DNA of 64,000 nucleotides, taken from sequence record PV204681, one strand, 5' to 3'. Both the position numbers and the translations under genes were made by a program. Of the stretch, positions 59,713-64,000 are shown piece after piece. A model generated the notes under the pieces. The model was not told where the DNA came from and did no database searches. It saw only the letters and a program-made list of their open reading frames with translations. The stretch is from Escherichia phage vB_EcoM_JQD51. Every line of letters starts with the position of its first letter. Position 1 is the first letter of the stretch.

Positions 59713-60207
59713 TCACAACTTATTAATATTTACTTTAATTCGCTTTCTTTTCTTGGAAGGAATTTGTTCTGGACCTTTATTTACGACTGCACCTGTAGTT
59801 GTTCCTGATGCAATAGCTTGAGGACTACCGCCTGAATCACCAGCAACCATATCCTCAAATAAAGGGAGTTCTTTAAATATTTCTTTCTGTTGTTCTTCCG
59901 TAATGTTATAGCGTGAAGCTACAGCACTCCAGGCAGACATCATTGAGGCCATTCCATTAAGACCTGGAACAGTGCTCATCATTCGCTTCATTGAACGAAC
60001 TGAAGCATGAAAAGGTGTATACGCAGCTTTCTCTTCGGGAGTAGAAGGACGTTTAAGAACACTTCCACGTTCATCGATGATTTTGGCTTCGTATGCTTTC
60101 CATTCGGTAAAAGGTTTTTGCATTAGTCGAATAAACTTATATGCATAAACAGAATCTATTGCAGTGTTAATAATACCCATAGGTACCTCCTGAGTATATT
60201 TAATCAA
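59713..60207 (-). CDS. Hypothetical protein (61.1 position)
   Basis: 164-aa ORF. Confidence 0.45.
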   Translation of the reverse strand: MIKYTQEVPMGIINTAIDSVYAYKFIRLMQKPFTEWKAYEAKIIDERGSVLKRPSTPEEKAAYTPFHASVRSMKRMMSTVPGLNGMASMMSAWSAVASRYNITEEQQKEIFKELPLFEDMVAGDSGGSPQAIASGTTTGAVVNKGPEQIPSKKRKRIKVNINKL

Positions 60208-60397
60208 TTACAAAGATTGCTTTGTCACCATTTATATCTGTGACTTCATATGTAGTGCCTTCATACTGTGGAATATTCCAAATTACACCATCATTAGCTT
60301 TTACGCTAATATGGTATTGGTGTTTTGAAACAACTTCATAATCTTCAAAACTTGTAAAAACACTAATTTTAGAACCAGTGCAAATTGCAGTAGTCAT
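60200..60397 (-). CDS. Hypothetical protein
   Basis: 65-aa ORF. Confidence 0.4.
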   Translation of the reverse strand: MTTAICTGSKISVFTSFEDYEVVSKHQYHISVKANDGVIWNIPQYEGTTYEVTDINGDKAIFVID

Positions 60398-60398
60398 T

Positions 60399-61058
60399 TT
60401 AACCTCGATTCATAAATGCATTAAATATTTGGTCATCAACAGAAATTTCTAATTCGACTTCAATTGTTTCAGCCTTTTCTTCAGGTGGTAATTCGTATCC
60501 ACACACTACAATTTTTTCATCGATATCAAAATATACAGAAGCAATACGATTAATGTTACTTTCAGTTAAGTCTAAATCAACATCAACATCTTTTTGACCT
60601 ACACTTAAAGGATAACTAATACGGGTTATTTTATTATCTTTAACAAAGAGTCCACCAACATACTCTGTACTACGTTTGAAGTTTACACGTTTCCGAATTG
60701 AAAGATATGATACATCTTTACCGTGAGCTCGGCTCATAGGACATAATGAATAGCTAGAATATGAGATGTCAAATCCTACACCTTCAATATGAGCCAACGT
60801 GTCATGAGTAAACCAATTATAATCATATGCCAAATCCATTATATTGTAATATGTGAAAGGCACAGGATTAACATCATACGTTGTACCTTTAAAATCTGCC
60901 CAGGCAACGATTTCGTTATCTTTAACAATTACAAAAATTACACCAATATGGTATCCGTTATTATTTTCATTCGGCGTTATATTATAACATTGTGCATTAG
61001 GAAATTTACCATATTTAAACGGCGCGTTTTTGTGCATGTAATAAATCATATTATTCAC
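60399..61058 (-). CDS. Hypothetical protein (61.2 position)
   Basis: 219-aa ORF. Confidence 0.45.
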   Translation of the reverse strand: MNNMIYYMHKNAPFKYGKFPNAQCYNITPNENNNGYHIGVIFVIVKDNEIVAWADFKGTTYDVNPVPFTYYNIMDLAYDYNWFTHDTLAHIEGVGFDISYSSYSLCPMSRAHGKDVSYLSIRKRVNFKRSTEYVGGLFVKDNKITRISYPLSVGQKDVDVDLDLTESNINRIASVYFDIDEKIVVCGYELPPEEKAETIEVELEISVDDQIFNAFMNRG

Positions 61059-61344
61059 CTGTGATTTCGGTTACGATATCTTTGTTATCGAAATTAGGGT
61101 CACAATACAAAACATAATTGTATTGCATGATACCGCCAGACTTAAGTTGTTCAACAACTTTATTAACCATATTAGGACGGTCTCGTTTAGTGATGTTCAT
61201 GATATCAGAGAAGATTTGTTGTTCAACATCTTCTTGATTTGCAGTCATTGACCACTCACAGAGGTCTTTATCATAACCTGCTGTAACTGGAGCTGGTGCA
61301 CATGATACTGCAAGTAAGATTGCTGCCAATGATAACTTTTTCAT
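61051..61344 (-). CDS. sp: Spackle periplasmic protein (superinfection exclusion / gp5 lysozyme inhibitor)
   Basis: 97-aa ORF (T4 Sp 97 aa); signal peptide then AGYDKDLCEWSMTA...SGG.MQYNYVLYCD collinear with T4. Confidence 0.88.
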   Translation of the reverse strand: MKKLSLAAILLAVSCAPAPVTAGYDKDLCEWSMTANQEDVEQQIFSDIMNITKRDRPNMVNKVVEQLKSGGIMQYNYVLYCDPNFDNKDIVTEITGE

Positions 61345-61373
61345 TTTAACTCCTTAGTTGATTTGATAGGACT

Positions 61374-61403
61374 ACTATACTATAGTCCATCTATAATGTA
61401 AAC
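61374..61403 (-). promoter_or_regulatory. Early promoter for sp with dyad GGACTA...TAGTCC
   Basis: Plus actata (61374-61379) / gtaaac (61398-61403), 18-nt spacer. Confidence 0.5.
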
Positions 61404-61407
61404 AAGT

Positions 61408-61656
61408 TTATTCTTTTTCGCGAATAATAATTACTTGTTGAGGCTGCTGAGCAGATTTCTTTTCGGCAACGATAGACCAAATTAAAGTTCCAATCCAACC
61501 AACCATCGTCCAGTTAAAGAGTAAAGATACAAAGAAGATTGCTGTTGTGCTTTTTGTGCCACGAATAAGTGCGATTACCCAAGGCAACATGTAAATGATG
61601 ATTGAACCAATACCTGCGATTAAAACTGCTACTGAACTAGCTACGAATAATTCCAT
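61408..61656 (-). CDS. Small integral membrane protein (Imm/superinfection-immunity-like topology)
   Basis: 82-aa ORF, two TM segments with GW..GTLIWS motif. Confidence 0.45.
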   Translation of the reverse strand: MELFVASSVAVLIAGIGSIIIYMLPWVIALIRGTKSTTAIFFVSLLFNWTMVGWIGTLIWSIVAEKKSAQQPQQVIIIREKE

Positions 61657-61717
61657 GTTAATTTCCTCTTGATTTGTTATGTTTATAGTATCTTATTTTA
61701 ACTTTGGTGTAAACCAA

Positions 61718-62086
61718 TTAATTAAATTTGTTTAAACGTTCAATACACTGGACGTAGTTATTAGCGATTTGTTTCTGGGAAGGCTCTTTACCAGTTGTTT
61801 CAACATAGCGAATGAATGCGATTTCAGTAGCCTGTAAGCAATGTTCTTTAACGCGTTGTTCTTTTGATAATGCTACAGTATCAGAGTCACGATAACGTTG
61901 AGCATGGGCATCAGCTTGAATCATTCGATTACCTACAGTAACCGGGTCTTCCACTTCAACTTTAGGTTGGTTGTACTGTTTAACATTCGGATTGTAAATC
62001 AGTTGGCCAACGTTATTAGGGATAAAGCCGTGGGCACCACATCCGGTTAATCCAAATACCATTGCTAAAGCGATTAATTTTTTCAT
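61718..62086 (-). CDS. Putative lipoprotein
   Basis: 122-aa ORF; signal peptide with lipobox LTGC. Confidence 0.5.
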   Translation of the reverse strand: MKKLIALAMVFGLTGCGAHGFIPNNVGQLIYNPNVKQYNQPKVEVEDPVTVGNRMIQADAHAQRYRDSDTVALSKEQRVKEHCLQATEIAFIRYVETTGKEPSQKQIANNYVQCIERLNKFN

Positions 62087-62146
62087 TTCAATTTCCTCTG
62101 TAGTTGATAGAAAGATAGTAACACAGTATGTGGGGCTTGTAAACAG

Positions 62147-62359
62147 TTATTTTAAACTTTTGCGAAATTTGCGTTTTTCTTGACGAATCTGTCGTTTAGT
62201 CGGACGTACAGCAAATTTAACGAAGTCCACTTTGCCGTGTGGAAACTTTTCAGATGCTTCACAGTCCATCATTAGTTCCCATCCTTCCAGAATAAGAGCT
62301 TTCCATTGTGTAGTTGATGCAAATTCGTATGTTGATGGTTTAAACACAGTTGAATACAT
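62147..62359 (-). CDS. Hypothetical protein with basic C-terminus
   Basis: ORF track 62147..62422, start trimmed to Met at 62359 so it does not overlap dmd. Confidence 0.4.
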   Translation of the reverse strand: MYSTVFKPSTYEFASTTQWKALILEGWELMMDCEASEKFPHGKVDFVKFAVRPTKRQIRQEKRKFRKSLK

Positions 62360-62360
62360 A

Positions 62361-62552
62361 TTATCCTCTGAAATCAGCTTCAAAAACTTTCTCGTCATTA
62401 ACAAATGCTTTAACAAGTGCACTGTTCACTTCAGCGAGTTGTACAGCAACCCACTCGATTTCTTCACGGTCACCTGATAACATGATATCTTTAGTGAACA
62501 TCTCACCACTTTTAAACCAACCAATAAAAGTAACTTTAGTTAATTTGCTCAT
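62361..62552 (-). CDS. dmd: Dmd antitoxin (discriminator of mRNA degradation; inhibitor of RnlA/LsoA toxins)
   Basis: ORF track 62361..62573, start at MSKLTKV (62552, SD gagga); FIGWFK...MFTK...EVN.ALVKAF collinear with T4 Dmd (60 aa). Confidence 0.8.
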   Translation of the reverse strand: MSKLTKVTFIGWFKSGEMFTKDIMLSGDREEIEWVAVQLAEVNSALVKAFVNDEKVFEADFRG

Positions 62553-62866
62553 ATTTCCTCGCAAAATGCCCATTCAGCGTGATAAACTGTAGCACCTTTA
62601 GTATTATTCATTTGAACTACGTCTACTGGAGAAATTACTCGATAGAGACGTGGTTCACCTCCATAAGAGCGTGCTGCTCGTCCTGCATAAATCTTTGCTA
62701 AACCGATATCTTCAGTAAAGAATACACGATCCAAGTTTTTCTTACGTCCAGTTTCAGACAGAACTCCTGTTTCCTCAGGAGGACAAAGCATGTTTTCGAT
62801 GTTAGCTGAACTGCTTGAACCGTGATAAAAAATCTTAAATTCTGCTTTACAATCGATGGTTTCCAT
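62549..62866 (-). CDS. Hypothetical protein with H-G-S motif (possible minimal ADP-ribosyltransferase-like fold), coupled to dmd
   Basis: 105-aa ORF; FYHGSS then KIYAGRAARSYGGE and YHAEW segments; stop overlaps dmd ATG. Confidence 0.5.
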   Translation of the reverse strand: METIDCKAEFKIFYHGSSSSANIENMLCPPEETGVLSETGRKKNLDRVFFTEDIGLAKIYAGRAARSYGGEPRLYRVISPVDVVQMNNTKGATVYHAEWAFCEEI

Positions 62867-62924
62867 TTTGTTCTCCTCTTGGTTGGTGTAAGTACATCAT
62901 ATCATGCCTAGAGGAAGATGTAAA

Positions 62925-62949
62925 CCCCGAAAGGAGACCGAAGTCTCCT
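62925..62949 (-). terminator. Intrinsic terminator after gene 41 (AGGAGAC-uucg-GUCUCCU + U-rich)
   Basis: Inverted repeat 62932-62949 with cgaa loop. Confidence 0.7.
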
Positions 62950-62954
62950 TTTTA

Positions 62955-64000
62955 TTAAAATTTTAACTCATTGGCTAAGCTATCTAGGTCAGCTCGTGTT
63001 GCTTTGGCTTTACCTACGCGTTCCGTACGATTCACCTCTGCCTGACGCATCTGAGCACCTGCGTTTTCATTTACTGTGTTAGGTGTGTTCATGCCTTCTT
63101 GCTCAATCTCAATCCATTTCTGGTTGCCTTTACGTACGCCCATCAGGAATTTATTCCACTTATTCTTATCACCATAACGTGATTTGATTTGTTTGATAAG
63201 TTGTTGTTCAGCTTGTGCAAGTTCTTCGGTTTCAATTACGGCCAACATGAAATCTGCCGTTGCTGGTAAACCTGCTGATTCTGCAATATCACTCATGTTC
63301 ATATCCGAAGCATCCCATGCTGCACGTCCTACTTGAGCGGCAGTCCATAGAACTGTTTCAGATTCTACTGCTAATGCACGAAGTTCTTCTGCGATAGCTT
63401 TAACTAATGTGTAGCTATTTTCAGTGTAAACTCTGATACGACAAGACCCACAAATACCTAAGTAATCAACCATGATTACAGATGGCACAAAGTTCTTCTT
63501 AAGTTTTAACTCATTAAGCAATGCACGGAATGTATTAGCATTAGCTCCACCAGTAGGATACTGTTTAACTACTAAACGTCCTAATGTTGTTTTTGAACGC
63601 CATTTTTCCATCTTGGCTTTATATTCAGCATAAGATACGTTACCATCATCGATATCATCGAGTGATACGTCAAGCATGTTTGCATCTATACGCTTAGCAC
63701 AAACTTCTTCAGCCATTTCCATAGAAATATAAAGAACGTTATGACCTGTTTGAAGATAATCCGCTGCAAGTGAACAAAGGCCTAAAGATTTACCAACGTT
63801 AACACCGGCCATTAAAACGTTTAGTGTACCGGTTTCTGCACCACCTTTAGTAATTTTATTTAGAATGTTTAATTTGAACGGGACCTTACGTGCTTTGTTC
63901 AGATAAGAAAGCCAGCGTGCTTCGTAGTCTTCCATCCAGTCATGTCCAACATAACTATCAAACGAAATTGAAAGTGCTTGACGCATAATATCAGGAATAG
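62955..64000 (-). CDS. 41: gp41 replicative DNA helicase (DnaB-like), 3' portion; 5' end beyond window
   Basis: Open frame continues to window edge; RecA-like core with Walker A GVNVGKS and DnaB-type motifs; downstream of 61/dmd block as in T4. Confidence 0.9.
   Translation of the reverse strand, partial: IPDIMRQALSISFDSYVGHDWMEDYEARWLSYLNKARKVPFKLNILNKITKGGAETGTLNVLMAGVNVGKSLGLCSLAADYLQTGHNVLYISMEMAEEVCAKRIDANMLDVSLDDIDDGNVSYAEYKAKMEKWRSKTTLGRLVVKQYPTGGANANTFRALLNELKLKKNFVPSVIMVDYLGICGSCRIRVYTENSYTLVKAIAEELRALAVESETVLWTAAQVGRAAWDASDMNMSDIAESAGLPATADFMLAVIETEELAQAEQQLIKQIKSRYGDKNKWNKFLMGVRKGNQKWIEIEQEGMNTPNTVNENAGAQMRQAEVNRTERVGKAKATRADLDSLANELKF

Overview
This window is a near-complete early/middle-gene arm of a T4-like myovirus (Tevenvirinae-type), running in T4 order from the alt/DNA ligase (30) region through rIII, 31, cd, pseT, alc, rnlA, denA, nrdB, nrdA, td, frd, 32, 59, 33, dsbA and rnh (all minus strand), then the plus-strand long-tail-fibre late block 34-35-36-37-38-t, then back on the minus strand asiA, motA, 52, ndd, rIIB, rIIA, 39, dexA, dda, modA/modB, soc, 56, 61, sp, dmd and the 3' part of 41. 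Gene identities are from recognisable protein sequence, catalytic motifs and T4 synteny; no search was run, and T4 comparisons are from memory. Regulation is T4-like: sigma70-type early promoters (GTTTAC -35 / TATAAT-like -10) on the minus strand, TATAAATA late promoters, and many UUCG-tetraloop intrinsic terminators. The backbone is streamlined: td and nrdB are uninterrupted (no group I introns), gene 39 is a single 605-aa ORF, and no homing-endonuclease ORFs were seen. The most interesting non-core content is: a class I-alpha DAHP synthase (AroG-like) translationally coupled to cd; a GT-B-like glycosyltransferase ORF between rIIA and 39; a 105-aa ORF with an H-G-S motif inserted between dmd and 41 and stop/start-overlapped with dmd; a strongly SD-led opposite-strand membrane peptide in a very short 56-61 interval; several local paralog families, including a MotB-like triad; and recurrent dyad symmetry built into early promoters.
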